Source: Catajapyx aquilonaris
Lineage: Eukaryota
Assembly (NCBI GenBank): GCA_000934665.2
Contig: KZ538454.1
Span: 62,001 to 126,000, forward strand
DNA: 64,000 nucleotides
Direction: 5' to 3'
Shown: positions 1 through 11,739 of the stretch, in pieces
Numbering within the stretch: the stretch's first letter is position 1
Layout: each line of letters starts with the position of its first letter
Translations under genes and position numbers: made by a program
Notes under the pieces: generated by a model
Told to the model about the DNA's origin: nothing
Database searches by the model: none
Seen by the model: the letters and a program-made list of their open reading frames with translations, nothing else

Positions 1-138
1 TCATCCAGGTCACTCGCAATCGACAAAGTCGATTGACGTCAAAATGACGTCGCCAATTCTCCTCGCCCTGCCCTGGTCATCATTGGCGACGTCATTTTGA
101 CGTCAATCGACTTTGTCGATTGCGAGTGACCTGGATGA
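1..138. mobile_element. Fold-back (MITE-like) element, probably cut by the window edge
   Basis: Perfect 57-bp inverted repeat, 1-57 versus 82-138, with a 24-bp loop. Confidence 0.7.
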
Positions 139-1216
139 GTATACGCCTCTTGATGAACTTACAACCCTGATACAAACTGGAGCTTTAAATTGCTTAAATA
201 AAGAAAAATCCCACCTATAGCAAATACTCATATTGATTAGTTTACAACGCTCTTTTCTTTGGATGTGGAAAGCTGATATTAATCCTTTTATAAAGGAGGT
301 CATAACGATGGGGAATATAATCTTCTTACAAGCCGCCGTTATCCCGCACTCCTAAATCTCTTTTGATCTTTCCCGGCGCTTACAACTGCGTAATATCGAA
401 AGCTGTCTGATATCAGTTGGGGATGTGCAAATACTGTAATACATGTAATTATCGGCTGCTCACCTGTTCAGTTTTTTTTTAGTTCCTGCTTTTCAGAGCC
501 CTAGGTGGATTATTCCTAATTAGTCCAAGCCAAGAGTTATGTATAGGAACCGCTTGGCAACCAGTCTCAGTGTGAAGAGTCTTATTCCAGAATAGGACAA
601 AAACCAGTTGGCCAAAAGGCAGATCTCTAATTATCAGGCGCCTAGGCCTGATGTCTGGATCTAAAGGAAAGGCAGCAGAAACGGCGGTTGGCTTTTGAGC
701 CAATAAACATAGCGAATTGATTTATGCTGCAGGAGCGAATTAGTGGAGTATAGGCTCATGATAGCCGCTTATGAAATCAGTGATTTATAAGACATCCTGC
801 CGCTTCTTGCGGCGGCTCTTTGTGCATTCAAGAGGGGGGAGAGGAGGGTAGATGGGTGGGAGGCAGTAGATTACTAAAAGGGCCCTTCAATGGCGCCGAA
901 GAAGTTTTGGGAAGCAGGAGGGATTGATTTTAGGACGCAGAGAGGGGCCAACACCAGAAGGGGGAAGTAGCACATCTGCACCGTATATCTCAGAAACCGA
1001 CTAATTGACTTTGGAGTACAAGCTGACACTCTTTTCACCAACGGTGCGAAATAAGTTCGTCGAATTAATGCCCCGTGCGACTTTGGTATCTAAATATTAG
1101 CTCAATCCGATCAGTAGATACCAAGATATTAGTAAGGTCCGTCACGCTGATTTTTGCCTTTAAAAATTTCACATAGTCACGCACAGTGACGCACATTCAG
1201 GTTTTCCCTTTCAATT

Positions 1217-1356
1217 TTATTTATTTATTTATGTCACGTTTTCCTGTATTTAATTTCATTAATTTATTTATTTCACGTTTTCCTATATTTAATTTTATTA
1301 ATTTATTTATTTCACGTTTTCCTATATTTAATTTTATTAATTAATTAATTTTATTA
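1217..1356. repeat. AT-rich minisatellite, 39-bp unit, about 3.5 copies
   Basis: tcacgttttcc recurs at 1234, 1273 and 1312; unit atttatttatttcacgttttcctatatttaattttatta. Confidence 0.85.
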
Positions 1357-1358
1357 TA

Positions 1359-1919
1359 CAGGGTGTAAATGAATTCGATCGACAAACTTGTAGGGGTAAT
1401 AGAGGGGACCAAGACAAGTATTTTTGACATAGGAACCCGTGTCCGGAAACGCCATCTAGAGGGGGTTCATAGACGAGGAACGGGTGCGCTCAGACGCTCC
1501 ACGCGGGAGGCGCTAGGCGAGCGGACTGACTTGTTGATAGATAGCGCTCGGATAGTAAACAAAGGTGAGATGTGCCATAACCTGGCAACAACAGAGCCAT
1601 CTGGCAACTAAAGTACGCCTCCTAGGAAACGCGTGGAGAGTAAACAACGGCTCTGTTGTTGCCATGTTATGGCGTATCACATCGTTGTTTGCTTACGACG
1701 ACGCGATATGCCATAACCAGGCAACAACTGCGCGTCCTCTATCAACAAAACAGTCCGCTCGCCTAGCGCCCCCTCCTGACGCGTCTGAGCGCACCCGTTC
1801 CTCGTCTATGAACCCCCTCTAGATGGCGTTTCCGGACACGGGTTCCTATGTCAAAAATACTTGTCTTGGTCCCCTCTATTACACCTGCAAGTTTGTCGAT
1901 CGAATTCATTTACACCCTG
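1359..1919. mobile_element. Non-autonomous Tc1/mariner-type MITE (561 bp) with very long inverted arms
   Basis: TA|CAGGGTGTAAATGAATTCGATCGAC ... GTCGATCGAATTCATTTACACCCTG|TA. TA duplication at 1357-58 and 1920-21. Arms are near-perfect for about 135 bp and stay imperfectly inverted towards the centre. No transposase. Confidence 0.92.
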
Positions 1920-1925
1920 TATATG

Positions 1926-1973
1926 GATAAAAACGTGAAATAAATAAATATTTATTTATTTCACGTTTTTATC
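1926..1973. repeat. Perfect 48-bp palindrome built from the neighbouring minisatellite motif
   Basis: gataaaaacgtgaaataaataaat|atttatttatttcacgtttttatc, with no loop. Confidence 0.9.
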
Positions 1974-3106
1974 AATTTATTAAATTAATTAAATTACGTT
2001 GTTACACTATATGTTTATTTGAAATGGTTGAGTGATGTTGGTTGCATAGTTTCAGGATATCCCTGGCCGAAACTTCTTTTGGCAAGCTGAAAAATTCTTC
2101 CATCAAGATGACCACGATTTGCGCAAATAGAGACCAAAATAAAGTATTCATTTTGTCACTATTAAACCCTCCTTGGAGGTGAGAAAAAAACCTGCTAGCG
2201 GTTCGAGTGTGAAGGGAGTCACGCCTAGTCGTGATCGCTTCCAGATGATGATGATCCTCAGATGCACCTGCTCTCCAATGACCGAAGCAGCGCACACGAA
2301 GAAGAGACATCCGATAGGTGAGGAAAGGTGTTTGTCCCCGAAAGGAGTGTGGGAACCTTACCTCTAGTCGGCTTGGTACAAAGGCATGGACCCCGATTGG
2401 AGCCTCCAGCTACAGGACATGAGGAGAAGGGATGTACCAAACCATCATGTTCTTCAGGGATGTGATCCTGTTACTCGTGTGTGTAGCTCAAGAAATAATT
2501 ACCTGCACCAGTAGCTCTCCTAGCTTTTGACACGCAATTTAAAGCCTGGAGCTGGGAAATAATAAATTCCAGACCGTCGGTTTGAGATGGCTACTGACCA
2601 CGGAAGAAACTCAGGAGCCCACAAACACTATTTATTTATTCCACCCCCCCCCCCCCCAAAAAAAAACTACCTGCACCTGAGATTTAGGGTAAAAGTGGGG
2701 GCTTTTCCGGTGAAGGATTGAAAAAGGGTTCGGCCCCCTCCACTTGGGTGCTGTCCCGAGGCTTTTACCCGGACCTGACTAACGTGCACCTATCTACACC
2801 CGCCAGCCAGCCACAGATCGTTTGTGAAATGTACAAATGAGCATTGGCATTGGGAGATTGCACCAGGCCGAACCTGACTGTGGTACCAGAAAAAAAAAGG
2901 AGCTGTCGTAAATTCAGTGCACTGAAACGGCCTAATAAGCTCATTTACCTCTTCCTGTGGCCTGATATGCAAAAAGGTTGCTTCCCCGTAACCGAGAGCG
3001 GAAAAAGGCAGGACTCTAGTAGCACGCCATCCGTCTATAATCACACTTATCAGCCTGCCAACCTTTATTATTCAACCTGCTGGTCATTTTTCCCATATCT
3101 GCTAAT

Positions 3107-3262
3107 GCCTTATGCGCAGGAACAGTGCGCAGGAACACTGAAACGCACAGTTCCTACCCAATGCGGTGCGCAGTAGCAACGCGCAATGGTCAAACGCACA
3201 GTTTCTGCCTAATGTGGTGCGCAGTGGCAATGCGCAGTTGTTTAAACCGCATATTTCTGCAG
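3107..3262. repeat. Degenerate ~51-bp tandem repeat rich in TGCGCAG
   Basis: aaacgcacagtt at 3141 and 3192 with a decayed copy at 3244. Begins with ccttatgcgcag(g)aacag, which also occurs in the 8.5-9.1 kb element. Confidence 0.7.
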
Positions 3263-6200
3263 ATATGTCGTTCCCAAATGTACTGATGGCATCGTAGATC
3301 ATCTGAGCAAAATAGCGACACTATTTATGCTGTGCCGACACAGCGTGCGTGTCGCAGAAGCCGAGTGGGAATCGATATCGCTTCTGCGAGATCTAATTGA
3401 ACATTTATTTGCCAATAAATGGCCAGATATGGTTTCATTTTGCTTCGTTAGGCGGCTTGTGTAGCACGAGTGGCTCTCTGATAACGCGGCGGGAAATTAT
3501 GGTTATGGCTGGTGGCAGATGACAATTAATTGAAACTTGAGGGAATTGGCGCTGTTAGGAGGAGGGGAAATTAGCGCCAGGACAAAGAGAGAAAAATTGG
3601 CTTTATTAGCCCCATCGGCTGGTGTTACAGATACGTGTTTCTGGAAAGTATCAGTTGTTGGCTTCGAGTTGCTGGTACCTGAGGGAATGTTGCTCTACAT
3701 GTACTATATGATACCGTGCTAGCATATATATCTGAATTTTTCAGAGCGTCTCTTGAGTAATTCATTGCGAAATGGCAGGGGCCCAAAGAATGGATCATTT
3801 CCCTGCGTGCCTATCGTCTATCGATCACCTGTTGGTAGTAGGGGAGGTGGGGTGTGGCTCATTTCTGCGAAAACTATATAGCTGGCATAACAATTAGAGT
3901 GCATGTAGTGGCTGCGGGGCACGAAGGTCAGCGTTTGTCTCATTCCATTTGACACCGGGCGCGGGCATTATTGTCTCTGGCCCTTATCTGTCAGCATGTG
4001 ACAATGTCTTTCCGTTGGCACAATTTGCAAAACGCCCAATTTCCGCGTATCTGCGCTCCAAAAAAAAAATTTCTTTTGTAAGGCGATCCAGCCCGGGTTG
4101 AGGGAGCAAAAAGCTGGGCTTTTGTTGTGCCTGGTTGCAACAATGGCGAAATGGAATATTTTAGTAATTACCTCCCACTCCCATCGCGAAATGTCATCCG
4201 CAGTTTCTATTTTTTAGGGAGGGAGGAGAAAAGCCAGGAAACTGAAGCCTACAGAAATATAATATTGACCTTTAGCACTTTTATTTGTGTATGCCAGCCT
4301 ATTGATTTGCGGCTGTTTTCTCTCTGTCGCTGGTGGGAGGGAGGGGGGGAGGGAGTTGTCCCATTGATTCACTATTGTAAAGTCGCTTATTGGTTTTGTG
4401 CGGCTGCTGTTGTTGCTCTCATTTATTGTTCTCTATTGTATATGAGCCGCTGGTCCATTGTCTCCAAGAGGCATTGTTGCCTCTGCTTTGGTCAGTTTGT
4501 GCCTCTCATTGACCTTGTCAAAAAAATTTCAGCTCATTTCTCCCGCAGACGTATCCAATTTGCTCATAAAAAAGTGGACTGCAAGAAACTTTATAACTCT
4601 ATTATTAACAATTTTTTGAAGCTCAGAGGTCACGTGAACAGCAGGTGTTTTGTTACAATTGTGCAATACATCTCCTGGCGTTTGATCTATGTCTAAGTGT
4701 TCGTGTTTGGCCTGATGTATAGCATATATGAATAAATAAGGATAGGTAATCGATGGGAATTAAGCAGAGTCCACCTAATGATCCTAGAGGCCGATATGTC
4801 AGTCACTGCTTAATGACCCAAAAAAGGGGGATATGGAGTAAAAAAGCATAACGTAAAAACAGTCACGGAGCCTCGTCAAACGAATGTTGCTACTTTTTAA
4901 TTTTTGGTTCGTGCCCAATCAGCAGTCAGATCGCTTTACATGAGACATGTGAGAGGTATAGAGTCCGATCTATACATTATTGAGTGCTATCAAGAGTACA
5001 TGAACTTGCACTATGTACAATGATTCATGATTCAACGCATAAATGTCCCAATTGTCGTTTGTCGATGCCAACGTCAGATAAGGATATAGTAAAGTCAAGT
5101 GAAAAATAGCGGGTTTTATCGACATCCCCTCCCCCCCCCCTCCTATGGACATCCGGTGACTGTTGGAGGGAAGTAGGGGCCTCACGCAATAATCCATCGA
5201 ACATCAACTTTCAACCGACCAGCTGGAATTACCCTTTGGCATGCAACGGATTGACCAACACCCATTGACCCTGCTGCTGCGGGGGTGTCTTCCTCCAACC
5301 GCCTCCAACGCTTGACTTCTTCGGGGGTTCCTTCCTTCCCAGTGTCATCCAACACACCAATCTGGAGAGACGCTCCTGAGTTGGCAATGAGTCCCAAATA
5401 ATTTGGAACTTGTCTCTCCTCTGGTCCGCGGCCATCTGGTAATGAAGTGCTATTACCTTTCAACTTAATTAATATCCCCGTTGGGATGCCAGGACCAGAA
5501 GGTGCCTCCGTGACCAGGCAAGTTCACGGAACCAAGGATCCCCAAATTAACTCCTGTACAGAGCATAAGCCTCCCCTCTCCCCTACCTCTCCCCCTTTTC
5601 CCCCATTCCTACCTCTCCTCCTCCCCGGTCCATAACCTTGTTTCCAGTAGGATGGGGATCGCAGGAAGCTGGGTTTTCGCAAAGTCCGGATTACTGTACG
5701 CCCTGTCTGCTGCTGCTCTCCTGGCGCGGAATTTGGTGCCATGCCAGCACCAGGGATTGCTCTTCTGCTTCTACTCCTGCTCCAGCAACCACCGCCCAGA
5801 GAGAGAGAAATTTTGCTCACAAACACTAATCCTAAGTCCACTCGGTGCAAATCGGCAAGTTTGCGCATGCGCAAAACTTGCCGTGGAAAATACATTTATA
5901 ATTTGTAGCTGACAAGCTTTATGAGACCTCGTGATGAAGCTATTCTGGCCGTTGGACGTTCATCATAATCTTCATTGTCCCCGGTTCCATCCGGCCACTT
6001 TTTCCCCCCCTTGATCTGCATGTAATATTCACTTATTAATGTTGGGCCAATGGCAGCGGCCGCTTTGAAGTCGCTACCGTGGCGCTCTTGTCTGCAAAGG
6101 AGCCCGCCAAGGAAAAGGGAAGCCCGGATTGCTCCTCGCCAAGGAGTAAATACTCACTTGCCCCACTCAATTGCTCTCACCAGGGACGTCCAACTTTAGT

Positions 6201-8482
6201 GTTTGGACAACACAAAATTGCGATCAGGCCTGTCAGTTGGAATTACCACGCGGTTTTGCATCGCTCGTCTTAGATGATTTCTCCGGAGGTATAACCGCGA
6301 GACTCCGGAGAGGCTCCGGATGCTTGATTTCTCATGAGAACATCCCAAGCATCCATTTGACCACCAGCTTTCTTCAGGTGACAAATCGAATGCATGGCTG
6401 GCCCGATGTCCTGTGGTGGTATGTCTCTTTTAAAAATGGTGGCTCGACGCAATCAGGAGGGGTTTGGAGCTCGAGATTGGACATCCCTGTTTGTGGTCTG
6501 AGTTTGCCTCACGATCTTGTTGAGAAGGCTGGCTGCTGCTGGGGGTAAAGGAGTAGCGGGGGAGGAAGGTGGGGGTAGGTATAGAGGGGGGGGTCTCTTC
6601 CCACCCCCTTCTTAGCGGTCTCTGCGGTTCCCCTTTGAACTAGAGGAAGGCTCAAGTTGGAAGCTGCGAGACCGGATTTCCTTGCTCCTTACTTCCGTTC
6701 CTATATATCGACACTAGCACAATTTTTGGGCCCAAAAAACAGTATCGAAACCATCCAACTGGGTCCAAATTGTGAAAGTGGTGGCGGCACTATAAAATGC
6801 CCAGGTGGTCTACCCCTGGCTGGAAACACATTGGTGCCGAAGGGCCTCCCGAATGGGTAGGAGAGGAGCCGACCGAAGGTGTAAGAAAAAGCAGGGCTAC
6901 CCGGTGATTGACGGCATTAATGTCACCACGTTGCCAAATCAGGACCGTGGGAGACTGGCCTCCAGTTTGTTTAATTAACTCGCTCGGTTCTTTGCCACTA
7001 GCCATATGTTGCAATTTGGCCTACACTAAGCCAATGACCGATATGGTCACTCAAAATAGCGCTACTATTAAATTGGACAAAAATTTTATTTATGAAGAAT
7101 AACCAAGTCGTGGGAGCCTGAAAGATGAGCGGAGTTTTCGATATCTTGGCGTATATAAACGAGAGCTCCTTAGACCAGGAGAGAGGATCCGCATCGCGTT
7201 TCGAATTTGCATATCAATTAAAAGAGCCATTTTCTCTCCCCGCCCCCCTGTATTTTTTGCATGGTGAAGAGGTTAGGATCGGCAGTTGTCGAGTATCTCA
7301 GCTTCCTATCGTCGACCCCTACGAAAATAACAAAAAAAAAAGGAACCGTCGCCATATATTAGCCCTGCCGAACTCTCGGGTTTAATCATGTGACGCAACA
7401 GATGCCCGATTTGCATACCAATCTCAAGAGCTTTTAATGGCTTTTGTGGGTATCGCAGCATGTGATGAGACACATGAGCGTCTGACCAAAATTTCTAGGT
7501 AGAGTAGCCACGGAGTTGAAGCCTGACTGCACGAGATGAGTGAGTTTTGCATATTGATAGTTAGTGGTCTTGACGTGTAACTGTAACCGTGTAACACGTT
7601 ACCGGTACGCTTAAAAATTACCAGTGTTGTCATATATGGATTTAAACAGTTTTGCAGGCCAATGACCAATGGCGGAGGTCGTGTGATTGGCGGCGGTAAC
7701 GCTACGTTATGGAAAAGCCGGTCGTGACGCTTGTCTTTTTAATGTAGACGTGAGAGGGACGGAGCTTGAAGAATAAAGATGGAAGAAAAAAAAAGCACGA
7801 CCAGGTTTCTTAAGAATGCTTATTCCACTCGATCACGAATGGGAGTTATTTTTCATCGGAACTGAATTCCAGTGTGATGGTTGCAATCAAGGAATTTGTA
7901 GCCTTGGAAGCCTTGAGATTCCTACCAGTCCACATGGCGTGTACGACACGTCCAGTATGTGGTGGAGACGAGGCAACGCTGTTGCCAAGTGAGCGATATG
8001 ATTGAAAAGTCTTTCTCCCCAGGAGGTGAGGCGTAATTAGGCGACTGGAATCATTAGGCTTGGGCTGAGCAAAGACAGGATGGTAAAAAACGGTGTAACG
8101 TACTCGGCGCCAGACTGGACCCGGGAATCCCTTCCAGGTGATAAATCCCGACCCATCTGAAGTCTAGGGTCAAGGTCACTCTTCACACGTGTCCGGAAAT
8201 TTTTGTCATTTTGATCAAAAATTGGATATTAATAAATGGTCAAATTCATCGCTAATCAACACTTCAGTTATTCAGTAACTGATCATAAGATGGTCCAGCA
8301 TTCTTGATGCGCTCAAACAGCATCCTCTACTCCACAAATCATAAGACCTGGATGGGCTTCGGCGCTCCAGGATTTATATGCACGTAAATCTCCCTGACGT
8401 TTACACCTTTGCGCCTTCTTCCAACCCGCTCTCTCCTCCAACACCTGCCTTCTTACCTTACCCACTCCTTTCATTACTTGCT

Positions 8483-9128
8483 AGTGCTCTAGATGAATAT
8501 TTTCCACGCTTTATATTGGAAAATTGAGAGTTTCAGCCCTCGTGCGCAGAACTCGCAATCCAAAGCTGTTCTGCGCATAAGGGCAGAAATCGTATATTTC
8601 ATTCAAATTTTTCAGTAATTTCTGGTATATATAAGTAGGATAAGTGCCAGTGTTCTAGATGGATATTTTCTTCGCTTTATATCTAGGTCCATGCGCAGAA
8701 CATGTTTTCCTAAGCCCTTCTGCGCATAGAACCAGATATAAAGTGAAGAAAATATCACTTGCACTTATTCTAGCTATATACACCAGAAATTACCTAAAAA
8801 TTTGAATGAAATAGACGAATTCTGCCCTTATGCCGTTATGCGCAGAACAGCTTCGGGTGGCTAGTTCTGCGCATGAACATGTCTTCCCAAGCCATTCTAC
8901 GCATGGAACCAGAACGATACAGGTAGAACGCTATGCCACCTACTGGTCAGAAATTACCGAAAAATTTGAATAAAGAGAGGGTTTCTGCCCTTATGCGCAG
9001 AACAGCTTTGGATGGCGAGTTCTGCGCATGTGAATGATTTTTCGGTAATTTCCGGTGTGGCTTATGTTTTAGTTGAATATTCCGCGTGATGCGCAGAACA
9101 GGCTTGGTCATCGCCTATTGCGCGTCAC
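8483..9128. mobile_element. Modular fold-back repeat element made of TGCGCAGAAC...GTTCTGCGCA hairpin units
   Basis: 8543-8588 is the reverse complement of 8983-9028 with 1 mismatch. A nested palindrome centred near 8710 pairs gatattttcttcgctttatatct with agatataaagtgaagaaaatatc. Five or more hairpin units. Outer boundaries are approximate. Confidence 0.7.
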
Positions 9129-10211
9129 AATTTTTTTTGCTATTATTCGGCGGGGATGCTCATCAGGTGAGACGGCAAGTATAAGGTGGCAGGTCCTGAT
9201 GGTGCGTGGGGGCGACTGGTGGCGGCACCGGAGCAGGCTCGGGCCCGAAAATAAAGTGACGGACGCGGCTCCTGATGAAATTATCTCCCAGCAGCAGCCT
9301 CACAATCGCCATTGTTCCCGGGCAAAGTGACGAGGAAAAATGACGCGACCGCGAGCTGTCTCTTGTGCCGCCACGGTAATTAGGCATGGGGGGCTACCGA
9401 AACGGTTAATGGATTCTAAGGAAGCAATTAAGTGCTGGTCACGGGGTACCCCATCATTGGGTGGGCCCATACCCCGAGCAAACAGAAGCGCTTCAATGTT
9501 GCAGAGTTGACCTGGTAGAAAAGAAGCATGTCGCAAAGCAGATAGATTTCTAGCAGTTTGTAAGGTTGCATTGTTGCAGACCCCCAGCTCTCTTAATTAG
9601 GCCCCTAAGGCCCGAGCCTGAATGTGTTCCAGGACCACCTTTTCATTATCCGGGCCTAGCTCGTGCAAGTTTGATCCGGCGGGCTGGTCCCGGAAAAGAA
9701 ATGGCGGGGATCGGCACAAGTTTTAATTGTGCGAGCTGGGAAACAGAATGGAAGGTAGAAGGGGTGCGCTGCCGGCGCGACCTTATCGAGCATGCATGTA
9801 GGTACCTTTGTCAGGCATTCTTGTGCACAACCCATTGCTGGGGATGACCACAAAGGAACGGCCATGTTTAAGTCAAGAGCCCCAGGCCAGAGCGGGTCCC
9901 TTTTATTTTCCAATTCCTCAATGTTGCTTGAGATCTGAGGCGGTGGCCGTTATTCCTAAGGAGCAAGTAGCCATTGTCAGCAGCACCCGGTACGCCTGCG
10001 CAACCCTTTAATTTTCAATCATCAATTAGTTCGCTCAAGAAGGGGAATTTTAATTCTGGGCTCATTAATCATAATCTAGGCGGCCCCGTCAAATGAGTGG
10101 GAATTGCTGCAGGCTGGGGAAGATGAGGCTGCAACCTGGTACGGCCATGGTATGGGTACCGGCTCAATTTTTACTCGTTTTTAGTGACAGGCTGGAAGAC
10201 AACGGACGTCC

Positions 10212-10317
10212 ACTGCCAGCGACATTTTCCGAAGCGGCAGATCCTTATCGTCGATTCCTTCTCCTGCCGCTTCGGAAAATGTCGCTAGGAATATGCCTCG
10301 ATTTATGTCCAACACTG
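10212..10317. mobile_element. Truncated Tc1-type MITE, same family as 51576-51781
   Basis: Perfect 23-bp inverted arms 10218-10240 and 10264-10286. Right end ...ATTTATGTCCAACACTG|TA (a CAGTGTTGGACA terminus on the other strand). Left terminus is missing. Confidence 0.75.
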
Positions 10318-11671
10318 TACCGAGATATTTAGGTAAAATCGAGAGGAATGTGTAGTCTAATGTGATGGTGGCGTCTCGGGTTGCACACAGGTCCTTCTTC
10401 TGGTTGTTCACAGCGAGGAGTCAAACGGGTTTGCTGCTGGGGAGGGATCGGGAGGCCATATTTCAGGCATAAAATGTATCGGGGCGAGGTTGTCAAATGG
10501 GGCCATTGTAGGGGGATGCCCCGGGGGTAAAGGAGAGATATGGGCCGGGGTTGGGCCATAAGAAAGGGCGCCCACCCGCATTTGTGGGGACCTGAGCCTC
10601 TATTGAGCATTTTGGAAAGCTGTCTGTCAAGAGTAGAGGCGGCGGCAGATAGCTCAGCGGCCTCTCCACGGGGCTACCACCTACCTGCCCCATTACTTTT
10701 CATATGCGGTATGCACTGGCTCGTAAAAGTAGACACAACTGACTTGTGTCATCCCACTACCAGCCACCACCGTGTGACGTCACACAATTTTAGACCGGGA
10801 TCATTGGGATTCACTGGGATCGATTAGCTGGCGGCACACCCCGACCTGTTGCTGGCCCAAAAGTGCGTTTGTTACATATCGTCAGTCCCCTAACAGGTGT
10901 CAGCATTCTTCCCGCTCATTAGGATTCAGATGGACAGCTCATTATCTCCTGCATTCGATAAACACGGCACATTGTCAGCACATTAGGACGCACAGGGTGA
11001 GCCAAAAAGTATCCTTGCAGTTAGGCCATCTCAGGACATGAAACAGGTTTGGGAGCACCTTCACACGAGGCTTTGGATTCCAAGTTGGCAGATGACCAAA
11101 TCCACCACCTCGATACGTGACGAGAAGAATTTTTTTTTAAACATCCTATGGTCCGTTTTTTTTGTGGTTCAGACTCGGTTTTTTAGAAGCCCAGCTTGAA
11201 AGCCCAAGCTGGCTGATGAATAGGAAGATGGGTCCTGAAGAAACTTGTTTGCACGTTGCAGGTGATGAGCCTTTTCCTTCGGCTTATTACCACTGCCGGA
11301 ACAGTACCCAGAAAAATAAATATACAGCTTGTCTCGTCATGCCCAGGTGCGACCAAATTTTTGCTTATTTCTAAGCGAAAAAAAGGGGGGCCTTAGGATC
11401 TGTAATCCGCTAATACTGGGAGTGGGCCTCTCTCGTAGGGACGGTCTTGGGAGTGGTTGTAATCGGGGCCCGAAGAGCAGCTGAGCCCTTGTGGTGGCAT
11501 CGGAGCGGATTTGCCCAGACCGCCATCGCATATACAGTACCGGAGAGCCTGAGTTCCGAGCATGGCATCCCTCCCATGCAAAACACTACGGCTTCGCCAA
11601 TCCCACGAATTAATCAGCCTTGTTTACGCCACATAGATCGGTCCATTTCACTATCTTCTCTCTATTTGCAG

Positions 11672-11739
11672 AACTGACAATCAACCAGCTGAGAGAGAGG
11701 CTCCAACAGTATGAAGATGAGATAGAAGAAGCGTTACAG
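11672..11739 (+). CDS. CUX1: Internal coding exon of a cut/CUX1 (CASP) family gene, N-terminal coiled coil: (E)LTINQLRERLQQYEDEIEEALQ
   Basis: Acceptor ttctctctatttgcAG (11670-71) and donor CAG|GTAAGA (11740). Length 68 nt, phase 1 to phase 0. The peptide aligns by eye with human CUX1/CASP [23 protein letters not shown] (recalled) and splices in frame to the next exon. Confidence 0.88.
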
